From Flavobacteriales bacterium (GTDB lineage: Bacteria; Bacteroidota; Bacteroidia; Flavobacteriales_F; PHOS-HE28): 64,000 nt of DNA. Shown one piece after another: positions 1 to 8,610 of the stretch (position 1 is its first letter; each line of letters starts with the position of its first letter). Made by a program: the position numbers and the translations under genes. Where the stretch lies: the NCBI GenBank assembly GCA_039931265.1, contig JBDTSG010000147.1:17642-81641 (forward strand), read 5' to 3'. The notes under the pieces were generated by a model, which searched no databases, was not told the DNA's origin, and worked only from the letters and a program-made list of their open reading frames with translations.

Positions 1-1157
1 AACCCGGGCAGCACCGCCACGCAATGGTCGTGCACGATGTTCACATGGAAGTACGCGCTGAGCTCCTTGATGTTCGCATCGCTATCGAAACTGATCGCGT
101 TCGGGCCGTCCTGCAGTGTGGTGGTGAACTCCGGCACCACGTTGTTGGTGCGCACGCTGCTCCATTCGCCTTCCAACCTGAAGGTCGCACTGACAGGCCC
201 GGTGATCCCGGTGGCTGCACTGCCGCTGGGATCGGTGGTGAACGTGTTGCCGTTCACGGTGAATTGAAGGTTGCGTACCGGTTGTACCGTTGGTGCGATG
301 TAGGGCTGCACTTCGTAAACCGTTGCGCTCACCGTTACATCGCTGCTGCTTTCCATGGGCGCACAGCGCGCTGCATCGTGGTCTTTGTCGTTATGATGCA
401 GGCCGCAGTGCATCACCCGGTCCTGCCTGTAAAGCAGTTCGCCCGAGTTCGCGTCCACAAGGCAGTCGTACTTGCCGGGTGCACCGTCCGGTTCCGTCGT
501 GATCACATGCGCCGTGAATACCAACTTGTGCTCTACACTGAAGCCGTCCGGAACACCAAGCAACGAGAGCCCTTGCTCCACCGAAACACTCTGCACGTTG
601 CTCAAGCCTCCGATCGCTGCGGCTTCCACCGCTCCGTTCCCGATCGCAGGCGTGGTGGACAGGTCAATGCCGCGCTCCATTTCCAAACCGAAAGAGATCA
701 CGTTGCCCTGCAGGTCCAGCTTCACCATAACGTGGCTGAAGATCACCGGCAGCCCTTGGTGCTTCTGGCTGAAATGCACGTAGGTGAGCTTCTCGGTAGG
801 CCGAACACCGGTCAACACCAGTTCATTCACCGGGAGGGCATAACCGCCGAGTTCCGTGCTGAGGAATTCCAGTGCACGCTCCTCAGGCGAATTGCCGGTG
901 GTTGCGATGGGCCGACCATACGCACGGTGCGGAAGTCCCGTGGCCTCGTTGAACTCGACCGCCCAAGCACCATGCTGCTGCTTGAACTGCTGCCATGCAG
1001 GCAAGGCCCGCAATTGCGCTTGCCGCGTAACGTCCGGAAGTCGCTTGGCATCGGTTATGAACGTGACCTCGCGCGGAACTGGTCCGCTGACGGGGTTGGT
1101 GGCCGTGGCCAGCAGCGAAGAACCGCCCAGAGCGGCCAGAAGGGTAATGAGACGCAT
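1..1157 (-). CDS. Secreted protein, N-terminal part (gene runs off the window start); FTP/PepSY-like propeptide region suggests an M4/M36-type zinc metalloprotease precursor
   Basis: Minus-strand ATG at 1157..1155 gives a classic signal peptide MRLITLLAALGGSSLLATA. A hand-translated ~80-aa segment (minus codons across ~1080..841) reads VPREVTFITDAKRLPDVTRQAQLRALPAWQQFKQQHGAWAVEFNEATGLPHRAYGRPIATTGNSPEERALEFLSTELGGY; the rest of the frame was not translated. The plus ORF 24..1175 in the track is the codon-aligned antisense frame. Confidence 0.55.
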   Translation of the reverse strand, partial: MRLITLLAALGGSSLLATATNPVSGPVPREVTFITDAKRLPDVTRQAQLRALPAWQQFKQQHGAWAVEFNEATGLPHRAYGRPIATTGNSPEERALEFLSTELGGYALPVNELVLTGVRPTEKLTYVHFSQKHQGLPVIFSHVMVKLDLQGNVISFGLEMERGIDLSTTPAIGNGAVEAAAIGGLSNVQSVSVEQGLSLLGVPDGFSVEHKLVFTAHVITTEPDGAPGKYDCLVDANSGELLYRQDRVMHCGLHHNDKDHDAARCAPMESSSDVTVSATVYEVQPYIAPTVQPVRNLQFTVNGNTFTTDPSGSAATGITGPVSATFRLEGEWSSVRTNNVVPEFTTTLQDGPNAISFDSDANIKELSAYFHVNIVHDHCVAVLPG

Positions 1158-1259
1158 GGAGCAACAGAGGTTTAAGGGTCCCGAAAGTGGTGAAAAGGGA
1201 CACACCAGACAGTGGACGACTTCGGGTTGGTCTTGGTGGCCCAACGGTTTTGCCCGGAT

Positions 1260-2021
1260 CTACAGGTCCACCACAAGGCCGTCGTAGGCCAGCAGCACCC
1301 CCGGCGGCAGTTCCACGGAAGTCTCGGCATGCTTACCAAGACCGTGGCTGAGGTGGGTGAAGTAGGTCCTCCCCGGCTTCACTTCTTCCACCAAGGCAAG
1401 TGCCTCGGCCAGGTTGAAATGGCTGATGTGCGGCTCCTTGCGCAGCGCGTTCAGAACCAATACGTCACACCCAACGATCTTCTCCTTCTCCTTCGGATCG
1501 ATCGACTTGGCATCGGTGATATAGACCAAGCCACCCATACGGAACCCGAGCACACGCATCCGCAAATGCATCACTTCAATAGGCTGCACAACAACCCCGG
1601 CAATATCCTGCGGATCCAAGCCGATCGGGTGAAGGGCCAGTTCAGGCGTGCCCGGGTACTTCTCCTTGGCGAAAGCATAGGCGAACATTCTTCGCACCGC
1701 TTCGCAGGTGTATTCGTCCGCGTAAAGGTGTACCGGCTGCTTTTGCAGGAAATTGAACGTCCGGAGTTCATCGATCCCCGCAATATGATCCATATGCGAA
1801 TGCGTCAGCAGCACCGCGTCGAGGTGCTCCACCCGCTCCCGCAGTATCTGCTGGCGCAGGTCGGGCCCGGCATCGATGAGAAGCCGTTTGCCATCCACCT
1901 CCACGATAGCAGAGGCCCGCAGCCGTTGATCGCGTGGATCGCTGCTGGTGCAAATAGCGCAGTGGCACCCGATCATGGGCACCCCGGAGCTGGTGCCCGT
2001 GCCGAGGAAGGTGATGCGCAT
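1260..2021 (-). CDS. MBL-fold metallo-hydrolase (PhnP/YhfI-like)
   Basis: MRITFLGTGTSSGVPMIGCHCAIC...LLTHSHMDHIAGIDEL with an HxHxDH motif. The internal ATG at 2021 is used; the track ORF extending to 2498 runs across the tRNA and is treated as a spurious 5' extension. Confidence 0.8.
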   Translation of the reverse strand: MRITFLGTGTSSGVPMIGCHCAICTSSDPRDQRLRASAIVEVDGKRLLIDAGPDLRQQILRERVEHLDAVLLTHSHMDHIAGIDELRTFNFLQKQPVHLYADEYTCEAVRRMFAYAFAKEKYPGTPELALHPIGLDPQDIAGVVVQPIEVMHLRMRVLGFRMGGLVYITDAKSIDPKEKEKIVGCDVLVLNALRKEPHISHFNLAEALALVEEVKPGRTYFTHLSHGLGKHAETSVELPPGVLLAYDGLVVDL

Positions 2022-2220
2022 GGCTGCAAAAGAACGAGGCCGCCCAGAAGGAACGGCCTTGAAAAGCGCAGAGGGGGGGATCGCCATATGAACGGCCATC
2101 CCAAAAGGGGGTGGCTTCAAGCAGCAGCACGCTACGCGTGCCGAGCTTTTACCGGCAGGATATGCTTGCGAGCAAGCTCGCGCACACGCCGCCGGTAAAA
2201 GCGCCGCTAACGCGGGTCGC

Positions 2221-2310
2221 TTGGCGGAGAGGGAGGGATTCGAACCCCCGGTGCCCTTGCGAGCACAGCAGTTTTCAAGACTGCCGCAATCGACCACTCT
2301 GCCACCTCTC
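2221..2310 (-). tRNA. tRNA-Ser (anticodon TGA)
   Basis: Reverse complement reads GGAGAGGTGGCAGAGTGGTCGATTGCGGCAGTCTTGAAAACTGC...GGGTTCGAATCCCTCCCTCTCCGCCA. It has a 7-bp acceptor stem, anticodon loop CTTGAAA, a long variable arm, a GTTCGAATC T-loop and a 3' CCA. Confidence 0.85.
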
Positions 2311-2455
2311 CATTTGGTGCTTGCAAAGCGCCGCGAAAGTAGATGCCCGATCAACGGCGTGGATGGTGCAAGGAACGGCGGTCGATCGGTGAGCTGCGGG
2401 GATATCTTTGAGGACCTTGCTCCAACACCATCCCCGATGCGTCGGGGCGTACCGC

Positions 2456-3898
2456 ATGCGCTACCTCCTGCCCTGCTTGCTCGCCGTACTGGCGCCACCT
2501 GCCTCTGCCGCCGTGGATGCCTTCGTGGAAACGAAGACCTTCTACACCAACGGACTGCAGCCGGTGGTAGGGATCCATTTCGCTTTCAACGGCGGCAGCG
2601 CCGTGCATCTGGCCAACGAGCGCGGTTTCATGCAGGCGCGCATCGAGGCGCTGACGATCATCCGCCGTCCGGCGGATGGTGCCATTCTCGACTTCCGTAA
2701 GACCGTGGTGCAAGGACCGGAGCGGCTCGATGAGCAGCGCACCGATTTCCTGCATACGGAGACATTCCAGCTCGATCCGGGCAACTACGATCTGTACTTC
2801 GAGCTGCGCGATCTGAACGGGGCCGATACCACCGTGGGCCGCTTCAGCCAACCCCTAGCCATTGCGGCGCCGGGCGCGGGCTTGTTTTTCAGCGATGTGT
2901 TGCTTGCCGAACGTTTCGACCCCGCGAGCGATGGCAGCGGCAATACACCGGTGCCGTACCTGGGTACCTACTACCCGCCTGATGTGGATGTGCTGAATTT
3001 CTACGCCGAGGTTTACGGAACCGACAAACTGTTCGGTACGGATTCGCTCTTCCTGCTCAGTTGGCAGTTGGAGATTTTCGAGGACAAGAAAGTGTTCGGC
3101 AACTATAGGGCAGTGAAGCGCGTGAAAGCCGCTACCACCGAACCCCTGATGGCACAATTCGATATCAGCGGATTGCCGAGCGGCAATTACCTGCTTGCCC
3201 TTGAAGTGCGGGGCCGTAGCGGTGATCTACAAGGGCGCAAGGAACTCTTCTTCCAACGCAACAACCCCATCGCTTACGACATGGAGAGCCTCGGAGGGGT
3301 GGCCATCGGGAACACCTTCGCCGATGCCATCACCGATGTGGACACACTATTGGAACACATCAACAGCATGCGCCCTATCGCCGAGGACTTGGAGCGCAAG
3401 ATCATCGACGACCGGCTGAAGGACCGCGATCGGGCCTTGATGCAGCGGTTCTTCTACAGCTTCTGGTTCAACCGCAATGGCTACGCACCGCAGCAGGCTT
3501 GGGAGAAGTACCGCAAGGAGGTGATCAAGGTGAACGCGCTTTACGGTTGCCGCAACAGACCCGGCTATACCACCGACCAGGGGATCATCAGGCTCAAGTA
3601 CGGCATGCCGAATTCGGTGGCGGACCAGCCCATGGACAACGACGGCTATCCCTACCAAGTGTGGCACTACTACCGCTGCGGCAACTACAACGATCGGCGC
3701 TTCATCTTTTACCAGCCCGAACGCGTAGGGAATTGCTACGAATTGCTCCACAGCGACATGCCCGGGGAGATCCAGAACAAGAACTGGAACCAGATACTCC
3801 ACGGCCGCAACACACAGGCCGGCGACGTTACCCGCCCTGCCGGGAACTCGACGATGCACGGTTCGCAGGTGGATGACCTGTTCAACCGTCCACGCTGA
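2456..3898 (+). CDS. GWxTD domain-containing secreted protein
   Basis: Signal peptide MRYLLPCLLAVLAPPASA and a C-terminal NRPGYTTDQGIIRLKYGMP...YQVWHYY segment matching the Bacteroidota GWxTD family pattern. The track start at 2408 is a TTG. Confidence 0.7.
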   Translation: MRYLLPCLLAVLAPPASAAVDAFVETKTFYTNGLQPVVGIHFAFNGGSAVHLANERGFMQARIEALTIIRRPADGAILDFRKTVVQGPERLDEQRTDFLHTETFQLDPGNYDLYFELRDLNGADTTVGRFSQPLAIAAPGAGLFFSDVLLAERFDPASDGSGNTPVPYLGTYYPPDVDVLNFYAEVYGTDKLFGTDSLFLLSWQLEIFEDKKVFGNYRAVKRVKAATTEPLMAQFDISGLPSGNYLLALEVRGRSGDLQGRKELFFQRNNPIAYDMESLGGVAIGNTFADAITDVDTLLEHINSMRPIAEDLERKIIDDRLKDRDRALMQRFFYSFWFNRNGYAPQQAWEKYRKEVIKVNALYGCRNRPGYTTDQGIIRLKYGMPNSVADQPMDNDGYPYQVWHYYRCGNYNDRRFIFYQPERVGNCYELLHSDMPGEIQNKNWNQILHGRNTQAGDVTRPAGNSTMHGSQVDDLFNRPR

Positions 3899-3936
3899 CA
3901 AGGGCGCATATTCGCACCTGCGTTGGCAGTACGGAT

Positions 3937-4995
3937 ATGGAAAGGGTCGCGGTGGTCATCCTCAATTGGAACGGCAAGCAATGGCTTGAACGGTTCCTTC
4001 CCGATGTGCTGCAACGCAGTGCGGGTGCCCGCGTGATCGTAGCGGACAACGGTAGCACCGATACTTCGCTGGAATGGTTGGCGGCCCATGCACCGCACGC
4101 GAAGACCATCGCCATGCCGACGAACCAAGGGTTCGCTGGCGGCTACAACACGGCGCTGGAGCAAGTGGAGTCGGAGTTCTTCATTCTGTTGAACAGCGAT
4201 GTGGAAGTGACGACCGGTTGGGTGGACGGGCTCTTGCGCTACATGGACGCGCATCCGGAAATGGCCGCCTGCCAACCCAAGATGTTGAGCCACGCCCGTC
4301 GCGATCGTTTCGAACATGCCGGCGCGGCAGGGGGCTTCATCGATCGCAACGGTTATCCGTTCTGCCGCGGGCGCATCTTCGAACTCACCGAACAGGACAG
4401 GGGGCAGTACGACGATGATCGCGAAGTGTTCTGGGCCACGGGCGCCTGCCTCATGATCCGCAGTGCCGCGTTCCGCGAAGCGGGCGGCTTCGATGCTTCG
4501 CTGTTCGCGCACATGGAAGAGATCGATCTGTGCTGGCGACTGCGCCGCACCGGTTGGCGTATCGGCTACACCAGTTCCAGTAGCGTGTATCACGTGGGCG
4601 GCGGAGCTCTTGGTTACGGAAGTCCGCGCAAGACGTACCTCAACTTCCGCAACAGCTTGATCGTCCTTGCCAAGAACCTGCGATCACGTGCGCTGATCGT
4701 GCGCATCGTCCGTCGCTTCTTCTTGGACAACATGGCTGCGCTGAAATTCCTGTTGGAAGGGCACGCCAGCCATGCGTGGATGGTAGGGCGCGCACATCGC
4801 CACTTCTGCTATCGCCTACCCGCGATCCTACGTGAACGCCGACGGCTGAAGGCCTTGGAACACGATACTGACCTTACTGGCCAGTATTTGCGCAGCGTGG
4901 CCTATGATCGCTTCATCCTCGGGTGGAAGAAGTTCAGCGAGCTGGACAGGCACGCCTTCGGCCTCACCCTGCCCTCTCCAAAGGGGAGGGTCTGA
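3937..4995 (+). CDS. Glycosyltransferase family 2
   Basis: VVILNWNGKQWLERFLPDVL...VIVADNGSTDTS...QGFAGGYN are GT2 motifs. The last ~11 codons (GLTLPSPKGRV*) are read from a palindromic repeat element. Confidence 0.85.
   Translation: MERVAVVILNWNGKQWLERFLPDVLQRSAGARVIVADNGSTDTSLEWLAAHAPHAKTIAMPTNQGFAGGYNTALEQVESEFFILLNSDVEVTTGWVDGLLRYMDAHPEMAACQPKMLSHARRDRFEHAGAAGGFIDRNGYPFCRGRIFELTEQDRGQYDDDREVFWATGACLMIRSAAFREAGGFDASLFAHMEEIDLCWRLRRTGWRIGYTSSSSVYHVGGGALGYGSPRKTYLNFRNSLIVLAKNLRSRALIVRIVRRFFLDNMAALKFLLEGHASHAWMVGRAHRHFCYRLPAILRERRRLKALEHDTDLTGQYLRSVAYDRFILGWKKFSELDRHAFGLTLPSPKGRV
4960..4992. repeat. Small GC-rich palindromic (REP-like) element: GGCCTCACCCTGCCCTCTCC-AAA-GGGGAGGG
   Basis: Inverted repeat CCCTCTCC/GGGGAGGG with a CCTCACCCTG flank. 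The same family recurs at 8947..8979 and, inverted, at 9023..9059. It lies at the convergent junction of the GT2 gene and aroQ. Confidence 0.5.
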
Positions 4996-5013
4996 ACAGA
5001 GGTGAGCAACGCA

Positions 5014-5442
5014 TCACTTGCTACCGATGCGCAACAGGTGATCGATGGCCAACCGATAGCCGTCAAGCCCGAGCCCGCTGATCACACCCTTGCTGACCGA
5101 ACCCGTAAGACTGTTGTGCCGGAACTCCTCGCGCGCGTGGATGTTGCTGATGTGCACTTCCACCACGGGAATGCTCAACGTGACCACCGTATCGCGCAGT
5201 GCTACGCTCGTGTGCGAGTAACCCGCTGCGTTCAACACAACGGCATCGAAGTGCTGCGGTGCCTGTTGAAGAGCTTCCACCAAGTCGCCCTCAATGTTCG
5301 ATTGCCGCAACTCGATGCTCGCCTGCGGAAATGCCTCGCGCAACTCAGGCAAGTAGCTATCGAAGGAAGTGCTGCCATAGATGTGCGGCTCGCGCGTGCC
5401 GAGCATGTTGAGGTTCGGACCGTTGAGGATGAGGATGCGCAT
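5014..5442 (-). CDS. aroQ: Type II 3-dehydroquinate dehydratase
   Basis: MRILILNGPNLNMLGTREPHIYG...HISNIHAREEFRH is a canonical type II DHQase. The ATG is at 5442; the upstream extension in the track is discarded. Confidence 0.9.
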   Translation of the reverse strand: MRILILNGPNLNMLGTREPHIYGSTSFDSYLPELREAFPQASIELRQSNIEGDLVEALQQAPQHFDAVVLNAAGYSHTSVALRDTVVTLSIPVVEVHISNIHAREEFRHNSLTGSVSKGVISGLGLDGYRLAIDHLLRIGSK

Positions 5443-5477
5443 GGGAGCGTGAAGTAAACTATCGGTGCGTTGACAAC

Positions 5478-5515
5478 GAGAGCGCCCCCCGAAGCATCGG
5501 GGGGGCGCTCTCGTT
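5478..5515. terminator. Perfect GC-rich hairpin (13-bp stem GAGAGCGCCCCCC / GGGGGGCGCTCTC)
   Basis: It sits 16 nt downstream of the stop of the minus-strand gene 5531..6124 and upstream of aroQ. There is no U-tract, so it may be a terminator or an RNA-stability element. Confidence 0.4.
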
Positions 5516-5530
5516 GCACACAGTATCGCC

Positions 5531-6124
5531 TCAACGTTTGCCTTGCACGGCAATGGGCGATCGTCGCCGCTCGATATCGGAGATTTCCTTTCGGTCCTTT
5601 CGTGTTCCTGCGCCTCCAGGGACGCTCCGCTCAACTGTCTTCTTCGGTTCCATGTCAGAAATCAAACGGAACACGGCAATTTTCTCCGGCTTGATCGCTG
5701 CCGTTTCCGGTGCGCGTTTGGTTGGATGGGTCACGAGCCTCACGTTGTCCACGTCAGGGCATTTGCGCTTCACATAGCTCCACTTCTTGCCCACATGTAT
5801 CGAACGCGTAACGCTTTCACCATTGGCATCAACCACGGTTACCCGATGCATACCAGCGTCGGCTATGAATACCTCACCGCCCAACCACGGATACGCGTGC
5901 CATATGATCCGGTAGGGTGCCACGCCACCTGAAACATCAAGCGCGATGGAACCGGGGAACGTGCGCATTTCCTGTGGTACCGAAACAGATCGCTCGGCGC
6001 CGCTGCAGTGGCAGGGACGCACTAGTGTAGCGTGCGCTTTTACGGTGCGGACATCGACAGTGAGGTTGCTTGCATCCGCAAGTGGCGCGAGCAACAACAA
6101 TGCGGGAATGAGGAGCGCTCTCAT
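5531..6124 (-). CDS. Hypothetical secreted protein with a single SprB-type repeat and a basic C-terminal tail
   Basis: Signal peptide MRALLIPALLLLAPLADA and DVSGGVAPYRIIW (GGxxPYxYxW, SprB/CHU repeat signature). The C-terminal half is K/R-rich and of low complexity. Confidence 0.5.
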   Translation of the reverse strand: MRALLIPALLLLAPLADASNLTVDVRTVKAHATLVRPCHCSGAERSVSVPQEMRTFPGSIALDVSGGVAPYRIIWHAYPWLGGEVFIADAGMHRVTVVDANGESVTRSIHVGKKWSYVKRKCPDVDNVRLVTHPTKRAPETAAIKPEKIAVFRLISDMEPKKTVERSVPGGAGTRKDRKEISDIERRRSPIAVQGKR

Positions 6125-6222
6125 GGTCGTTGGGTGTTCGTACAATTCGAATGTAGGCTCATCCTGTTCTATGCGCGCTACTTCGCGCGGATCCACCATT
6201 CTAGCCCGCAGCCGGTATGAAT

Positions 6223-8400
6223 TCACCGCTTGAGCAATGGGAGCGCATGGCGGGCGCCGTCAGTCGTCCACACCATCAGCAGGTACGCCCCGACAGGCCA
6301 CCGCGACAAGTCGAGGGTTCCACGATCGGCCCGGATCATCTCCACCTCCACCCGTTTTCCATCGCTACTGAACGCCTCGATGGATCGGATCGCACCTGGG
6401 TCCATCAAGCCGACGATCATGACACGATCATGCGTAGGGTTCGGCACCAACGAAAGCGTGGATCCGGGTGCAGTGTTCTCCACATCCGTCCCTTGAGTCG
6501 CCGTCACCACGGCATCATTCGTTCGCACCGCTGAATTGAAGTCGAAGAAAATATCCGCCGCGTTGCTCATCACCGTTCCCGGCTGAAGCGGTTGGGCAGG
6601 CTTGATCCGAAAGCTCACCAAACCATGGCTCAGTGCTTCATTCGTGCTGCTGTCCGGTAAGAGGATGTTGTTGAAGGTCCACTTCACCACGCGCTCAGGA
6701 AGGAACTGCACGCTGAACGCATGGCTTGCAAGGCCTTGCTCGAAGCTGGACATGTCCAGATCGGCATCGAGCGTATCCGTGATGGCAACGGTGAACGCGG
6801 TGTCGGTTCCGGTATTCTGGAATTGGATCACATAGTCGAGGTATTCGTCTTGGCCGATGTAGTACAGGTCATTGCTCCATCGGGTGCTGGTGCGCACCTC
6901 CTTCGCATTGGGATCGTAGCTACCGGTAACGGTAGTGCTCAGATCGGTGGTGTTGTTGACGAGGCTGCTTTCCGTGTTCGGCTGGAATGCGGACCACTGA
7001 TGCGTGACCACCGTACCGATCAAGCCCGGGTTCGGCGGAAGCTGCAGCTGCACACTGAAGCCCAATGATCCGAATGCCGTTGGCGCCGAAAGGCCGCTCC
7101 ATGTCACTACGTTGCCCACAACACCTGAGGGCGTGGGCACCGAGGAAACAAAAGCGAACTCCGGGTCGAACGTGAAGGTGGCATCCACTGCGCCGCTCTG
7201 CTGGCCGCTCAGGTTCCGCACCGTCAAGTATACGGTCTGTATGAACCCGGGTCGCGCGGCGGTTGCGAGCATCTGCACACCGAGATCCAGCGGTATCAAG
7301 CTGCTATCGGCCACATCCAGCACCGTTGCTCCGCCGTTGGTGATCACGAACGGAACAGGGTTGGCCGCTGGGCACAGTGGCAGCAGGTCCGCACCCGGCG
7401 CCTGATCCAAGGTGTAATTGCCCGGGCCCAAATTGGTGCCGTACGCGCCGTCAATGTTCGTGATCACATACTGCTGGTTGGGTAGAATGGTCAACACACG
7501 ATAGGGTATCCCCTCATCAGCGACATCCTGCACACAATCCTGATCGTGATCGAAGAAGAGGCTGCCACTGAGCGTTCCGCAGTTCCCTCCCAGATCCGGG
7601 ATAAGGATAGGAAGCGTTTCAGCGAAGCAGCCGTTCCCGCCGGGCCAAGTGCGGGAAGCAGTGTACATCCCCGGCAACAGACCGACCAAGGGGATCTGCA
7701 CGCCCCATCCGGTGATGTTCGAATTGACGATCAACACATTGTTGGGGTCGCGCACTTCAATGAGACATCCGAACAAGGAGTTCATGTCGCCATTGGTTTC
7801 CAGCACGAAGGAGCCATTGGCACCTCCGCAAGCACCTACGATCGATGTGGCTGCCATCGGTGTGGGTTCCGGCACGTGCATGGTGGTGCTGGCAGAACCC
7901 GGACACCCGTTGGCATCAGTGAAGGTTACCGTGGCCGTTTGGCCATTGCACCAGCCCTGTTGGAAGTCGGCGAGGTTCAACCCCATGGTCTGGGTTGGGG
8001 TATACGACCAACCGTACGGCACGGTGCCATTGATCGCCCATAGGCGCACGCTACCGTCACATCCGTTCGGACAAGCATGTGGGTCCACCAGATCAAGTTG
8101 CGCGGAAACGAACGGGTCGTTCAGGATCACCACATTCGTGGAAGCAGTTGCGCTCATGGCGTCCGTCACTTCCACCAGATAGGTACCCGCACTGAGGTCG
8201 GCGGCATAGGCGGTTCCTTGGCCAATGCCCGGCGTTGGCGTCCATACATATGTGTACGGTGGCACACCTCCCCATGCTTGAACTTCGGCTTGCCCTTTCG
8301 CATTGCCGCAGGCCTCGTTGCGCACATAGGTGACGTTGATGGTCAATACCGCTTGGGCCATGGCGGGCAATGCGATCAGAAGAAAGGAGAGACTTCGCAT
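6223..8400 (-). CDS. T9SS-sorted cell-surface protein (SprB repeats, DUF11-like conserved repeat domain, type A C-terminal sorting domain)
   Basis: Signal MRSLSFLLIALPAMAQA; GGVPPYTYVW repeat; the C terminus LSLVPNPTHDRVMIVGL...GKRVEVEM...GAYLLMVWTTDGARHALPLLKR matches the T9SS CTD pattern. Confidence 0.8.
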   Translation of the reverse strand: MRSLSFLLIALPAMAQAVLTINVTYVRNEACGNAKGQAEVQAWGGVPPYTYVWTPTPGIGQGTAYAADLSAGTYLVEVTDAMSATASTNVVILNDPFVSAQLDLVDPHACPNGCDGSVRLWAINGTVPYGWSYTPTQTMGLNLADFQQGWCNGQTATVTFTDANGCPGSASTTMHVPEPTPMAATSIVGACGGANGSFVLETNGDMNSLFGCLIEVRDPNNVLIVNSNITGWGVQIPLVGLLPGMYTASRTWPGGNGCFAETLPILIPDLGGNCGTLSGSLFFDHDQDCVQDVADEGIPYRVLTILPNQQYVITNIDGAYGTNLGPGNYTLDQAPGADLLPLCPAANPVPFVITNGGATVLDVADSSLIPLDLGVQMLATAARPGFIQTVYLTVRNLSGQQSGAVDATFTFDPEFAFVSSVPTPSGVVGNVVTWSGLSAPTAFGSLGFSVQLQLPPNPGLIGTVVTHQWSAFQPNTESSLVNNTTDLSTTVTGSYDPNAKEVRTSTRWSNDLYYIGQDEYLDYVIQFQNTGTDTAFTVAITDTLDADLDMSSFEQGLASHAFSVQFLPERVVKWTFNNILLPDSSTNEALSHGLVSFRIKPAQPLQPGTVMSNAADIFFDFNSAVRTNDAVVTATQGTDVENTAPGSTLSLVPNPTHDRVMIVGLMDPGAIRSIEAFSSDGKRVEVEMIRADRGTLDLSRWPVGAYLLMVWTTDGARHALPLLKR

Positions 8401-8610
8401 ATGCTCAACGTTTGATGAAGGTGGTGTTCAGGCTGCGCGCTGCTCAAAGCCGCACATGTACCGGTCGGCGCGGTGATGATGCTGAAGAATGTGGGGTTGC
8501 AGAGTTGCAAGGTAGACGGCCACCACACCGCATGGCTGCCTCCCGACCTCCTGCGTCCGCACACAACCTACTGTTCACTGATGGGTACTTTCGCCGCCCT
8601 TCCAGGATCA

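Noticed and set aside
24-1175. 383-aa plus-strand ORF
   Set aside because: It is the codon-aligned antisense of a minus-strand gene that has a clear signal peptide and domain-like sequence. The product is Arg/His/Ala-rich junk typical of high-GC shadow ORFs.
1260-2498. 412-aa version of the MBL hydrolase ORF
   Set aside because: The 5' extension runs straight through tRNA-Ser (2221..2310). The internal ATG at 2021 gives the canonical MRITFLGTGTS start.
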